Shown: positions 1 through 9,513, counted from the stretch's first letter. The stretch is 64,000 nucleotides of DNA from Dehalococcoidia bacterium (GCA_046328265.1 JAXLWW010000017.1:4777-68776); one strand, 5' to 3'. The notes: generated by a model not told the origin, from the sequence alone. Translations and numbers: made by a program.

Positions 1-77
1 TCTGCCGCTGTACCGGCTATGACAAGATCGTGCGCGCCGTTCAGTCGGCCGCCGCTCAGATGGAGGCACGAGCCTGA
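1..77 (+). CDS. C-terminal fragment of the (2Fe-2S)-binding small subunit of a xanthine dehydrogenase/CO dehydrogenase-family molybdoenzyme (truncated by window edge)
   Basis: Frame 3 translates to ...CRCTGYDKIVRAVQSAAAQMEARA*. CRCTGY is the conserved C-terminal Fe-S motif of CoxS/XdhC-type subunits. The stop overlaps the next start (TGATG). Confidence 0.5.
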   Translation, partial: CRCTGYDKIVRAVQSAAAQMEARA

Positions 78-2362
78 TGGTCATCACCACTCGCCCCGAA
101 ACCGGCAAGGCGTTCAAGGTGATCGGCACCCGGCCGATCCGCCCCGATGGCGTCGACAAGGTGACCGGCCGAGCACTCTTCGGCGCGGATGTTACCCTCC
201 CCGGCGTGCTCATCGGCAGAATGCTGCGCAGTCCATATGCCCATGCCCGCCTCCGAGCAATCGACACCAGCGCTGCCGAGCAGTTGCCCGGTGTCCGGGC
301 GGTGATGACGTCCGCCGATCTTCCCGACCCCGAGAAGGGGATGGCCGATGTCGGCGAGGCGATCGCCACCTACCGCGACCTGTCTCGCAACGTGATGGCG
401 CGCGAAAAGGTGCTTTACCAGGGCCATCCCGTCGCCGCAGTTGCCGCCGAGACCGCCGCGATTGCCGAGGAGGCGCTTTCCCTCATTCGCGTCGACTACG
501 AGGTGCTGCCTCCGGTGCTGGACGTCCTCGATGCGATGCGCGAGGACGCGCCGCTGTTGCACCCGGATCTGCACACCAATGCGTTGGGCACTCTCTCAGA
601 GAAGCCAAGCAACGTTGCCTCTCACGCGCGGCTCCTCAAAGGCGACCCCGAGGCGGGCTTTGCCGAAGCCGAGGTGGTGATTGAGCGCACCTACTCGACC
701 AAGATGGTTCACCAGGGCTATATCGAGCCGCACGCCTCGATGGCGCATTGGAACGCCGATGGCCGGCTGACGATCTGGACGACGACCCAGGCGCCGTTTG
801 CGATTCGCGACAACGTCGCCGTCCTGCTCGACCTGCCGGTTGCGCGGGTGAAGGTGATCCCAACCGAGATCGGCGGCGGGTTTGGCGGCAAACTGCCGCC
901 CTATCTCGAACCTCCGGCGGCGGTGCTGTCGCGCAAGTCAGGTGCGCCGGTCAAGATGACGATGAGCCGCGCCGAAGAGTTGCAGGCCAGCGGCCCGACC
1001 AGCGGATCGTCGATGCGGATCAAGATCGGCGCCAAGCGCGACGGCGCCATCGTGGCAGTCGAGGGCTGGCTCGCCTTCGAGGCCGGAGCGTTCCAAGGGT
1101 CAAGCGTTCGTTTTGGCAGCCTCTGCATGCTCGCCGCCTACGACATCCCCAATATCCAACTCGATTGCTACGACGTCGTGGTGAACAAGCCGAAGGTCGC
1201 TGCCTATCGTGCGCCTGGTAGCCCGATCGCCAGCTTTGCCGGCGAATCGGCGATCGACGAACTGGCCAACGCCTTGGAGATGGACCCGATCGCCCTGCGG
1301 CGGAAAAATGCCGCAACGGTCGGCACCCGAATGGCGAACAACGTCCCGATCCAGCATCCGATTGGCAACGTCCGGCTGCTCGATGCGATCGCCGGGTCCG
1401 AGCACTGGAACTCGGCGCTGCCCGCATCGACCGAGACGGTGCGCTACGGCCGTGGGGTGGCGATGGGCTACTGGCCGAACGCGCCGCTCAAATCGAGTTG
1501 CTTTGCGACGGTGAACGCCGACGGTAGCGTGACGTTGGTCGAAGGGAACCCCGACATCGGCGGAACGCGCGCCTCGTTGGCAATGCAACTTGCCGAGACC
1601 CTTGGGATCGCCTACGACCAGGTCAAGCCACTGGTCGCCGACACCGACACCGTGGGCTATAACGACGCGACCGGTGGCAGTCGGACGACGTTCACCGGCG
1701 GGATCGCGGTGTACGAGCTTGGCGAGGATATCAAGCGCCAGTTGATCGAGCGGGCGCGCACGCTCTGGCAGCTTTCGCCCGAGGATGAGATCTGCTACGA
1801 GGACGGCGCACTGACCGGGCCGACCGAAGGCCAGGTCCTGACCTTCGCCCAGATCGCCGGCCAGGTCTTCAAGACCGGTGGCCCGGTGGTTGGTCGCGCG
1901 TCGGTGTCGCCAAAGCACACTGGCCTCGCGTTTGGCCTCCATGTGGTCGATCTCGCGGTCGATGTCGAAACCGGTAAGACGACGATCCTGCGCTATACCG
2001 CTGCCCAGGACGTCGGTGCGGCGGTCCATCCTTCCTATGTCGAGGGGCAGATCCACGGTGGGGTTGCCCAGGGGATCGGATGGGCGCTCAACGAGGAGTA
2101 CTACTACGACGCCGAAGGCCGCCTGGCGAACGCGAGCCTGCTCGACTATCGGATGCCGACCTCGCTCGACCTGCCGATGATCGAGACCGTGCTGATCGAA
2201 GAGCCGCATCCGCCGCATCCCTTTGGCGTGCGCGGAGTCGGCGAGGTGCCAATCGTTCCGCCACTGGCAGCGGTGGCGAACGGGATCAGCGCGGCGCTGG
2301 GGCGGCGTTTTGCCGACCTGCCGATCTCGCCGCGCCGGATCGTCGAGACGCTCTATTCGTGA
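77..2362 (+). CDS. xanthine dehydrogenase family molybdopterin-binding large subunit (CoxL/CutL-like aldehyde oxidase/xanthine dehydrogenase family; not obviously form-I CO dehydrogenase)
   Basis: 761-aa ORF with typical N-terminus (KVIGTRPIRPDGVDKVTGRALFGADV) and conserved MoCo-domain blocks. AYRAPG motif differs from the form-I VAYRCSFR motif. Long uninterrupted ORF, start coupled to upstream stop. Confidence 0.9.
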   Translation: MVITTRPETGKAFKVIGTRPIRPDGVDKVTGRALFGADVTLPGVLIGRMLRSPYAHARLRAIDTSAAEQLPGVRAVMTSADLPDPEKGMADVGEAIATYRDLSRNVMAREKVLYQGHPVAAVAAETAAIAEEALSLIRVDYEVLPPVLDVLDAMREDAPLLHPDLHTNALGTLSEKPSNVASHARLLKGDPEAGFAEAEVVIERTYSTKMVHQGYIEPHASMAHWNADGRLTIWTTTQAPFAIRDNVAVLLDLPVARVKVIPTEIGGGFGGKLPPYLEPPAAVLSRKSGAPVKMTMSRAEELQASGPTSGSSMRIKIGAKRDGAIVAVEGWLAFEAGAFQGSSVRFGSLCMLAAYDIPNIQLDCYDVVVNKPKVAAYRAPGSPIASFAGESAIDELANALEMDPIALRRKNAATVGTRMANNVPIQHPIGNVRLLDAIAGSEHWNSALPASTETVRYGRGVAMGYWPNAPLKSSCFATVNADGSVTLVEGNPDIGGTRASLAMQLAETLGIAYDQVKPLVADTDTVGYNDATGGSRTTFTGGIAVYELGEDIKRQLIERARTLWQLSPEDEICYEDGALTGPTEGQVLTFAQIAGQVFKTGGPVVGRASVSPKHTGLAFGLHVVDLAVDVETGKTTILRYTAAQDVGAAVHPSYVEGQIHGGVAQGIGWALNEEYYYDAEGRLANASLLDYRMPTSLDLPMIETVLIEEPHPPHPFGVRGVGEVPIVPPLAAVANGISAALGRRFADLPISPRRIVETLYS

Positions 2363-2419
2363 CCTCACCCCCTTGGCCTCCCTCTCCTGAAGGGGGGGGA
2401 CGACCTCCGGCTTTCGCAG

Positions 2420-2725
2420 GTGGTGGGAGTGGGGAATTGCGATGCACCGGGAGGAGATGAGGTGGCGACGGTCTGGATCCCGGCGCAGTTGTTGGACCTC
2501 TGCGGTGGGCAGCGGCAGGTCGAGGCGGCCGGACGGACGGTTGGCGAGGTGCTGCGAGCACTCGATGCGGTCTGTCCGGGTGTCCTCGAGCGGGTGCTGC
2601 ATGAAGGCGACCTTGCTCCCGACCTCGCCGTCTCGGTCGACGGTGCGATCGGCATACTCGGGCTCATCGAGCCGGTCGAGCCGGCAAGCGAAGTCTTCCT
2701 CGTGCCGGCGCTGCGGGGCGGCTAG
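2420..2725 (+). CDS. MoaD/ThiS-family ubiquitin-like sulfur-carrier protein (C-terminal Gly-Gly); true start probably downstream of 2420
   Basis: About 90-aa beta-grasp-like sequence ending ...FLVPALRGG*. Sits immediately downstream of the molybdoenzyme large subunit. Confidence 0.5.
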   Translation: MVGVGNCDAPGGDEVATVWIPAQLLDLCGGQRQVEAAGRTVGEVLRALDAVCPGVLERVLHEGDLAPDLAVSVDGAIGILGLIEPVEPASEVFLVPALRGG

Positions 2726-4212
2726 CGCCGCTGATAGAGCGTCAGGACAATCGGAGCCTCAGCGCCCACGCCACCGAGCAGTCGCTCCTTCAACGCGATG
2801 GCGGCCGGGTCTGGATCGAGGTAGGTGCGCGTCTCGATACGTTGGTAGCGGAGTGTGATCCAGCGAACGAGCGGCGAGCCGAGATCGCCCGATGAGACGA
2901 ACCAGATCCGGGGAGGCCGGTCGGTCTCAATTGTCGCCTCGACTCCGGCCGGGTCAGCGGCGGCGAGCACCGGCAACCGGGCGGGGTGGATTGCGGCGTG
3001 GTGGGCGACCATCGAGCCCGGATCGGCGACGAGCAGGTCGCCAGGCTCGGCGCGCGCTTCGACGAAACTGAGTACTTCGCGCACCGGCAGCAGATAGGCG
3101 GGTTGGGCGACGTCGCGAACGTGGAAATAGCCGCCGTAGGCGACCGTGGACGCGGCGACGAGCGTGGCGAACACGGCTTTTCGGAGCGGCGACGCGAGTG
3201 CGACCACACCGGCAGCGACCATCAGCCCGAACGCCGGCCAACCGTAGGCCGCGCTTGCTCCAACTGAGCCGGCCTCGCTGCGTGGGGCGCCGATCGCGGT
3301 GACCGTGGCGGTCCAGAGTAGTGGAAGCAGTCCGAAGACGAGGAGGAACTGACGGCCCGGCCGCGGCAGGCGGATCAGTCCGAGCAGCGCCAGCCAGGCG
3401 ACCAGCAGTAGGGCGGCGATCCCCAACGGCTGCCAAACCGGCAGGGTCTCGCCGAGGGCAAAGGCAGCGGCCGGCGCGATCAGCTTGTAGACCAGGGCGG
3501 CGATCTCGGCGACCACATCGCTCGACTGGTCCGGAGCGAGGGCGAGTGGACCGATCCTGGGCAGGCTGGCGGTGAATGCCAGGCCTGCCCCCAGCAGCCA
3601 GAGCGCCCAGGTACGACGGCTCGCACGGCGCATCCAGAGGAACGCGCCTTGAGCGGCGAGGATGGCGAGTGCGCCGGGACTGGTCCAGCCGAGCAGCAGA
3701 GTCGCTAGGAAGAAACCGGCGAGCGCCCGCCGGCGGCCGGTGGTGAGAAAGAGGTACCACCAGGTGGAGAGCAGCGCGAGCAACGTGGCAAGTGCGATCG
3801 GGGTGGCGGTCCGGGCGTAGAACACCAGAAAGGGCGACCCAGCGGCGATCCAAGCCGCCCAGCGAGCCAATGCCGGACCGCCGATCCGGCGGCCGAGCGG
3901 TACGACAAGCGCGACCAGCAGCACGCCGGCCGCCGCAGACGGCCAGCGAACGGTCAACTCCGACAGGCCGGCGGCAGCGACGGCCAGCCAGGCGAACAGG
4001 GGACCGAGCGGTGCGCCGACCTCAGCGATTGCCGACAGTGGGCCGGCGGCGGCGGTCCAGAACGTCGCTTCGGCGGGGGCGAGTGGCTGATCGCCGAGGG
4101 CGACCATGCGCAATAGCGCCGCGACGAGCAGCGCCCCGACGATGGCCGGGTCTACCCGGCGGGTGCGTCGCCGGACCGGCAGCGCCGGCTGGCTCAGCGC
4201 CACGCCGGGTGG
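2722..4212 (-). CDS. GT-C fold membrane glycosyltransferase, GT39/ArnT/PMT_2-like (dolichyl-phosphate-mannose-protein mannosyltransferase family)
   Basis: About 11 predicted TM helices in the N-terminal two-thirds and a soluble C-terminal domain. The listed ORF's first 160 codons look non-coding; a GTG start near 4212 avoids overlap with the divergent gene at 4369. N-terminus uncertain. Confidence 0.65.
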   Translation of the reverse strand, partial: PPGVALSQPALPVRRRTRRVDPAIVGALLVAALLRMVALGDQPLAPAEATFWTAAAGPLSAIAEVGAPLGPLFAWLAVAAAGLSELTVRWPSAAAGVLLVALVVPLGRRIGGPALARWAAWIAAGSPFLVFYARTATPIALATLLALLSTWWYLFLTTGRRRALAGFFLATLLLGWTSPGALAILAAQGAFLWMRRASRRTWALWLLGAGLAFTASLPRIGPLALAPDQSSDVVAEIAALVYKLIAPAAAFALGETLPVWQPLGIAALLLVAWLALLGLIRLPRPGRQFLLVFGLLPLLWTATVTAIGAPRSEAGSVGASAAYGWPAFGLMVAAGVVALASPLRKAVFATLVAASTVAYGGYFHVRDVAQPAYLLPVREVLSFVEARAEPGDLLVADPGSMVAHHAAIHPARLPVLAAADPAGVEATIETDRPPRIWFVSSGDLGSPLVRWITLRYQRIETRTYLDPDPAAIALKERLLGGVGAEAPIVLTLYQRR

Positions 4213-4368
4213 GGTGTCGAGCGTGGGTGGTGGCTGGGGCACGCGGCCGCTCCTTGGGCCGGCGAGCGCCCGGGGGCCGGTGCGCACACGGGCTTCTTCG
4301 TTGAGTGTAGGCGATCGACGCGAACCCACCTGGAGGACGATTGTTGCTTTCGGGTACAAGTGCTCCAG

Positions 4369-5595
4369 ATGCGAATCGCCACGATCAGTTATCACGGAAG
4401 CCCACTGGCTGCGCCCGGTGCGCCGTCGACCGGCGGGATGCAGGTCTATGTCCGGGAGCTTGGCCGGGCTCTTGCCGCCCAGGGCCATCAGATCGACGTG
4501 TTCACCCGGCAGGCTACCCCGGGCAACCCGGCGGTGGTGACCGACCGGCCGGGCTTTCGAGTGATCAACCTGCCGGCCGGACCGACCGGGCCGGTGCAGA
4601 AGGGTGATCTCTCGCTCTATTTGTCGTCGTTCACCCGCGAACTGCTGCGGTTTGTCGAACGTGACGGCGGGCAGTACGACGCGATCCATAGCCACTACTG
4701 GCTGTCGGGCCGGGTCGGGCGGGTGCTTTCACAGCGCTGGAGCGCACCGCATGTGACGATGTTTCACACCCTCGCCGAGGTGAAGAACCGGGCGCGGATT
4801 GGCGAACGCGAATCGGACGAGCGGATCTGCGCCGAGCGGCGGATTATCTCCGAGGCTGACCGGATCGTCGTGGCGAGCGCCCACGAGCGCCAGCAACTGA
4901 TTCGTTTCTACGAGGCACTCGACGAGCAGATCATGGTGGTGCCGTGTGGGGTGGATCTCGATCGGTTTCGACCGCTGCCAAAGGCGGCGGCGCGTGCCGC
5001 CGCCGGGGTGAGTGCAAAGCATGTCCTGCTGTTCGTTGGTCGGCTGGAGCCGCTGAAGGGGATCGACATCCTGATCCGGGCAATGGCCGGACTCGAGGAG
5101 CGTGACGACGTCGAGGTGATTGTGGCGGGCGGGCTGTCGGACGGCCACCCCGACGAGCCGGATCGGTTGCGGGCGATCGTTGCCGAGTGCGGCCTGACCG
5201 GCACCGTCCGCTTTGTCGGGCCGCAGACGCAAGACCGGCTGGTGGCGCTCTACAACGCCGCCGACCTTACCGTGGTGCCGTCCTACTATGAGAGTTTTGG
5301 CCTGGTGGCAGTCGAGTCGATGGCCTGCGGCACCCCGGTGATCGCCTCACGCGTTGGCGGCCTGACGTCGACCATCAAGGACGGCGAGACCGGCTACTTG
5401 ATCCCCTGGCGCTGCCCGGAGGCGTTCCTCGAGCGGCTCGAGTTGCTCTTGGGCAACGACGTGTTGCGTTCGCATTTCGGCGAGGCGGCGCGGCGCAGCG
5501 TCGAGCGTTTTCGCTGGGCGGCGGTTGCCGAGCAGATCGTTGGGGTCTACCGGTCGCTGACGGCCGGCGAGGTCGCTCGCGTGGCTGGGGAATGA
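4369..5595 (+). CDS. GT4 family glycosyltransferase, MshA-like (D-inositol-3-phosphate glycosyltransferase family; acceptor unknown)
   Basis: N-terminus MRIATISYHGSPLAAPGAPSTGGMQVYVRELGRALA matches the MshA-family signature. C-terminal Glycos_transf_1 region has the EX7E-type motif (YESFGLVAVES). Confidence 0.85.
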   Translation: MRIATISYHGSPLAAPGAPSTGGMQVYVRELGRALAAQGHQIDVFTRQATPGNPAVVTDRPGFRVINLPAGPTGPVQKGDLSLYLSSFTRELLRFVERDGGQYDAIHSHYWLSGRVGRVLSQRWSAPHVTMFHTLAEVKNRARIGERESDERICAERRIISEADRIVVASAHERQQLIRFYEALDEQIMVVPCGVDLDRFRPLPKAAARAAAGVSAKHVLLFVGRLEPLKGIDILIRAMAGLEERDDVEVIVAGGLSDGHPDEPDRLRAIVAECGLTGTVRFVGPQTQDRLVALYNAADLTVVPSYYESFGLVAVESMACGTPVIASRVGGLTSTIKDGETGYLIPWRCPEAFLERLELLLGNDVLRSHFGEAARRSVERFRWAAVAEQIVGVYRSLTAGEVARVAGE

Positions 5596-6248
5596 TCGTC
5601 GTCTTCTTCGATGTCGACAATACGCTCTTCGACATGCAGCGCTTTCGTCAGACGTTCGATTCGGCGTTGGTTGAGTCGGCGGGTGCGTCGGCGGCTGCCC
5701 GCCTGTGGGAGCAGTATGAGGCGGTGCGCAGCGAGTTTGGGCATGTCGATCTGCCCGAGGCGGTCCGGCGTCTTACCACCGAGCGGCCGGCGGCTGGGGC
5801 GGCCGTCACTCAGGTGATCGAGCGCTTCGACTATCCGAGCCTGGTGGCTCCGGGTGCGCCGGCGGCGATCGCGGCGGCGCGGCGGATTGGCCGGCCGGTG
5901 ATCGTCAGTGATGGCGATCCGCATTTTCAACGGGAGAAGATCCGGCGCTCCGGCCTCGAAGCAGCGGTCAACGGCGACGTGCGCGTTTATCGGCACAAGG
6001 AAGCGCACCTCGCCGAACTGCTGGCGGACTTTTCCGCCGATCGCTACTGGATGGTGGACGACAAGGCGCGTCTGCTCGGCATCTTCAAACGGACGCTTGG
6101 TGACCGGATCACGACCGTCCAGATCGCCTATGGGAAGTACTCTTCCGCCGGCCCCGACGCGGGTGACCCTGCGCCGGACCGGACGATCGGCCGGATTGGC
6201 GATCTGGCCGCACTACTGGAGACGGTTAGTTCCCCTCGGTCACGCTAA
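5592..6248 (+). CDS. HAD-superfamily hydrolase (phosphatase), translationally coupled to the GT4
   Basis: N-terminal HAD motif I (FFDVDNTLFD); ATGA start/stop overlap with the upstream GT4. Confidence 0.8.
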   Translation: MIVVFFDVDNTLFDMQRFRQTFDSALVESAGASAAARLWEQYEAVRSEFGHVDLPEAVRRLTTERPAAGAAVTQVIERFDYPSLVAPGAPAAIAAARRIGRPVIVSDGDPHFQREKIRRSGLEAAVNGDVRVYRHKEAHLAELLADFSADRYWMVDDKARLLGIFKRTLGDRITTVQIAYGKYSSAGPDAGDPAPDRTIGRIGDLAALLETVSSPRSR

Positions 6249-7986
6249 CCCCGGCCGCATCGGCGGTTTCGAGAACATTTCCTGATTCGTCCAGCCGATC
6301 GAGTTCTTCGCTGCGAAGTTGACGGCGCAGCACCTTGCCGACGAGGGTCTTGGGCAGTTCGTCGCGGATCTCGAACTCGGACGGGGTCTTGTAGGGCGCG
6401 AGGTTTGCCTTGCAGAATTCGCGGAGTTCCTGGGCGGTGGTGGTGGACCCTTTGCGCAAGACGACCCAGGCTTTTGGGGTCTCGCCTTTGCGCGCATCCG
6501 GGATGGCGGCGACGCCGACCTCGACGACCGACGGGTGGCTGGCGATCACCTCTTCGATCTCGCGCGGCCAGACTTGATAGCCGCTGACTTTGATGAGGTC
6601 CTTCTTGCGGTCGACGATCGAGATGTAGTGCTCCTCGTCGATGGTGGCGAGGTCGCCGGTGTGCAGCCAAGGGCCGCCGTCGCCGTGGACGCGCAGACTG
6701 GCTTCGGTCTCGGCAGGGTTCTTCCAATAGCCAGCCATCAGTTGGGGGGCGCGCAAGATGAGTTCGCCGACCTCGCCGATGGCGACGTCGCGCTGGCCAC
6801 TCTCGACGTCGACCAGTCGGATCTCGACGTCCGGGAGCGGCAGGCCGATCGACCCGACCTTGTCTTTGCCTTTGACCGGTCCGATGACGCAGGCCATCAT
6901 CGCTTCGGTGAGCGAGTAGCCTTCGAGGATACGCCCACCGGTGAGTGTTTCGAAGGCGCGGCGGGTTTCGGCGAGCAACGGCGCTGCGCCGCTCATGCAC
7001 GCTTTGATCGAGCGGAAGTTGACGTTACCGGCGGCGACCTTCGGGTGGTTGAGCAGGGCGATATAGAGGGTTGGGACACCGGTGAAGAGCGCGGGCTGGA
7101 CCTTCTGGATGGTGTTGACGAGGTCGTCGATGTCGCGCGGGTTGGGAACGAGCGAAAGCGGGTGGCCGCCGACCATCGCGGCGGTCTGGACGCCGGCCAT
7201 ACCGTAGACGTGAAAGAGTGGCAGCGGCAGCATGAAGGTATCTTGCCAGTCGATCAACGTGTCGCCGAACCAGGCCTTGAGTTGGCGGCCGGCGGCGCAC
7301 AATCCGCTATGCAACCCGACCGCCCCTTTGGGCGCACCGGTGGTGCCGCCGCTGCAGAGGATGACCGCCTCGTCCTCCGGGCTGACGGTCACGGCCGGCG
7401 GCGGCAGGCCGGCGCCCTGCTTGAGGGTGTCTTGCAGCCAGACGTCTTGCCCTTCGAGGGTGGCGTGGTGGCCTTCTTTGCGCTCTTTGAGCAGGGTAAA
7501 CAGGATGCGGAGGATTGGCGGGAGATATTCTTTGATGTTGGTGGCGACGACGCGCCGCAGCGACGTCTGGGCTTGGAGGTGTTTGACACGGGTGTAGTAG
7601 GGTGTCAGGACAACGAGCGTCTCGGCGCCGCTCAGTCTGAGGATGTCGACGAGTTCGTGCTCGGTGTAGAGCGGATTGAGCGGCGCGAAGATGCCGCCGG
7701 CCTTCCAGACGCCGTACTGGACGACAAGCATCTGAGGCGAGTTTGGCAGAATGCAGGCGACGCGGCCGCCTTTCTTGAGGCCGTCTTTGACGAGCCAGGC
7801 GGCAAAGGCGTCGCTGAGGCGGTCGAGTTGACGGTAGGTGAGGGCTGCGCCCTTGAAGAGTGCGGCGGACGCGTCCGGGCGAAGCCGCATGTTGCGCCGC
7901 AACAAGTCGATCATCGTTTCGCGTGGGTATGGCTTAAGCGAGCGCGGGACGCCGTTGTCGTACCGCTCGGACCACACCGATTCCAT
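6226..7986 (-). CDS. AMP-dependent synthetase/ligase (long-chain acyl-CoA synthetase, FadD-like)
   Basis: AMP-binding motif ILCSGGTTGAPKGAV, C-terminal GDLAT...VDRKKDLIKVSG block. Start chosen at MESVW (7986) because GGGGAGGATGG precedes it. 3' end overlaps the HAD gene convergently by about 23 nt. Confidence 0.9.
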   Translation of the reverse strand: MESVWSERYDNGVPRSLKPYPRETMIDLLRRNMRLRPDASAALFKGAALTYRQLDRLSDAFAAWLVKDGLKKGGRVACILPNSPQMLVVQYGVWKAGGIFAPLNPLYTEHELVDILRLSGAETLVVLTPYYTRVKHLQAQTSLRRVVATNIKEYLPPILRILFTLLKERKEGHHATLEGQDVWLQDTLKQGAGLPPPAVTVSPEDEAVILCSGGTTGAPKGAVGLHSGLCAAGRQLKAWFGDTLIDWQDTFMLPLPLFHVYGMAGVQTAAMVGGHPLSLVPNPRDIDDLVNTIQKVQPALFTGVPTLYIALLNHPKVAAGNVNFRSIKACMSGAAPLLAETRRAFETLTGGRILEGYSLTEAMMACVIGPVKGKDKVGSIGLPLPDVEIRLVDVESGQRDVAIGEVGELILRAPQLMAGYWKNPAETEASLRVHGDGGPWLHTGDLATIDEEHYISIVDRKKDLIKVSGYQVWPREIEEVIASHPSVVEVGVAAIPDARKGETPKAWVVLRKGSTTTAQELREFCKANLAPYKTPSEFEIRDELPKTLVGKVLRRQLRSEELDRLDESGNVLETADAAGVSVTEGN

Positions 7987-8090
7987 GACCCCATCCTCCC
8001 CGGCGTCGTTCGTCATCGAACGGACGCGTGATTCGATTGTATACCGCGTATGCGATCGCCAGCCAGTAGCTGGTTTACAATGAGAGAGCC

Positions 8091-8175
8091 GGGGAAGTGT
8101 CGGAATTGGCAGACGAGCATGACTTAGGATCATGTGCCGAAAGGCGTAGGGGTTCGAGCCCCCTCTTCCCCACCA
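8091..8175 (+). tRNA. tRNA-Leu (anticodon TAG), type II with long variable arm
   Basis: Acceptor stem GGGGAAG/CTTCCCC, D-arm TCG-GAATTGGCAGA-CGA, anticodon stem CATGA/TCATG with loop CTTAGGA, variable arm GCC-GAAA-GGC, T-arm AGGGG-TTCGAGC-CCCCT, discriminator A plus CCA encoded. 85 nt. Confidence 0.9.
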
Positions 8176-8289
8176 CACTATCTAGTCCATTAGCATCAGG
8201 GGCTGGCTGGCATGACCTGCAACCGTGGATGCTGACGGTTTGCCAGCCTGCCACGTTGCCCCAGATCGACGGGATCTGAACGGCTAAAC

Positions 8290-9445
8290 GCTGGGTCAGC
8301 GTATGGCCGAGATCGCGCAACGGCGCCATTTGTGGTTTGCCGGATCCGCGGGGCCAGTTACGCCGATCGGCGTTGCCATCACGCGCGATCCCAGACATGG
8401 CGAAGCCCGCCGCGCGTAGAAGCGCCGGATAGTCGCGCGAACTCGCTTGCCGCCAGAACGGCTCGACGTTGTTCTCGGTATTCCAATCGCTGAGATACGC
8501 AGTCAACGGGTCCACCCGGTCATACGTCGGCGAATCGTCGATCACAAACCAGCCACCCAGCTTGAGGATGCGATAGCCCTCACGAATGACGTTGACGGCC
8601 GCGTCGTCCGGGATCTCGTGGAACAGATGGTCGAATAGACGACGCCGTCGAAGTACCCGTCCGGGAAGTCCGGCATTCTGCTTGCATTCTGCTGAGAGGT
8701 GCAGTTCGATTCCCCTTGCGGGCGGCGAGCTCAGGAAGATGATGTCAGCAACGGCGCCGACAGTCGATGCCGTAGACCTCGGCGTCCGGCCAACGCTCCT
8801 TCAGGATAAACTGCTTCGAAGGTCAACAGATCGAGGATACGCTGATAGGCGCCGTCCAGATCGCCCCTTCGCGCCGGCCTGGAACTCGTAATTGACGCTC
8901 CGGCCGCCCGAGAAGACGTCGTTGCTGATGACGGTCACATAGGGGACGAGGTCATCCTTGAACATCCCGCCGGGCTGGACGTGAAAGTCGGCGGTGAAGT
9001 ACCACGGCATCTCCAGACCGGGGTCGAGCCGAAGCGTCCCCTTCGCGTCGGGCGTCGGCGAGTTCAAGTAGTCCGAGAGCGCCTGCGCCTGATCGACGAG
9101 GTTCTCCCGAATTCGGTTGTACATGTACTCCTGGGTAAAGCGCCAGAGCGCCCGGTCGAACTTCCAGGCCGACGAATCAGCCAGCACCTCGCCAGCATCC
9201 TCGAGGGTGGCCGGCGGGCGGCCGCTCGATTTGGACCAGGCGGCTGCTCGTTGGGCGTAATCCTCTTTGACAAGAGCACCGCGTTGGCTCACCTCGGTGC
9301 GCTTGACCTCCTGGATGAAGTCGAGCACGGCACGCTCGTTCTGCGGCATCTCACCGGCCGGCCCGACCCAGTTTGGCGTTCGCATCGCGTCCCTCCTCTG
9401 CGCTGGTCCACCAATCATATCGCGAGCCGCCAACGCGTGGCGCAA
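8290..9445 (-). pseudogene. class I SAM-dependent methyltransferase with about 200-aa N-terminal extension; C-terminal half broken by multiple frameshifts (pseudogene or sequence errors)
   Basis: 214-aa N-terminal ORF is intact from 9445. Methyltransferase motifs (RWPDAEVYGIDCS; LPDGYFDGVV; LFHEIPDDAAVNVIREGYRILKLGGWFVIDD) then appear in three different frames between about 8400 and 8900. The 3' end is unclear and an overlapping ORF runs antisense into the tRNA. Confidence 0.5.
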
Positions 9446-9513
9446 CAGCTTTGTTCACCGTCCACTCGGCTGCTATACTGCCGCCCGGCTGGCAATTGGG
9501 TCGGCTTTCACCT

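Noticed and set aside
2363-2419. C-run ... G-run sequence (CCCCCTTGGCCTCCCTCTCCTGAAGGGGGGGG) downstream of the molybdoenzyme gene
   Set aside because: It is an imperfect inverted repeat that could be an attenuator or terminator, but the pairing is poor and it sits only 58 nt before the next gene.
6319-8031. 570-aa ORF antisense to the acyl-CoA synthetase gene, and many similar long antisense ORFs (9655..11376, 11091..12743, 21621..22643, 30291..32333, 39511..41106, 42348..43343, 46284..47348, 48281..49777)
   Set aside because: High-GC genomes produce long stop-free antisense frames. Their translations are Arg/Gly/Asp/Pro-rich low-complexity sequence with no recognisable motifs, and each overlaps a well-supported gene on the other strand.
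8075-8545. 156-aa minus-strand ORF overlapping the tRNA-Leu gene
   Set aside because: Its 3' half is simply the reverse complement of the tRNA. Only the upstream part corresponds to the methyltransferase C-terminus and is folded into the pseudogene call.
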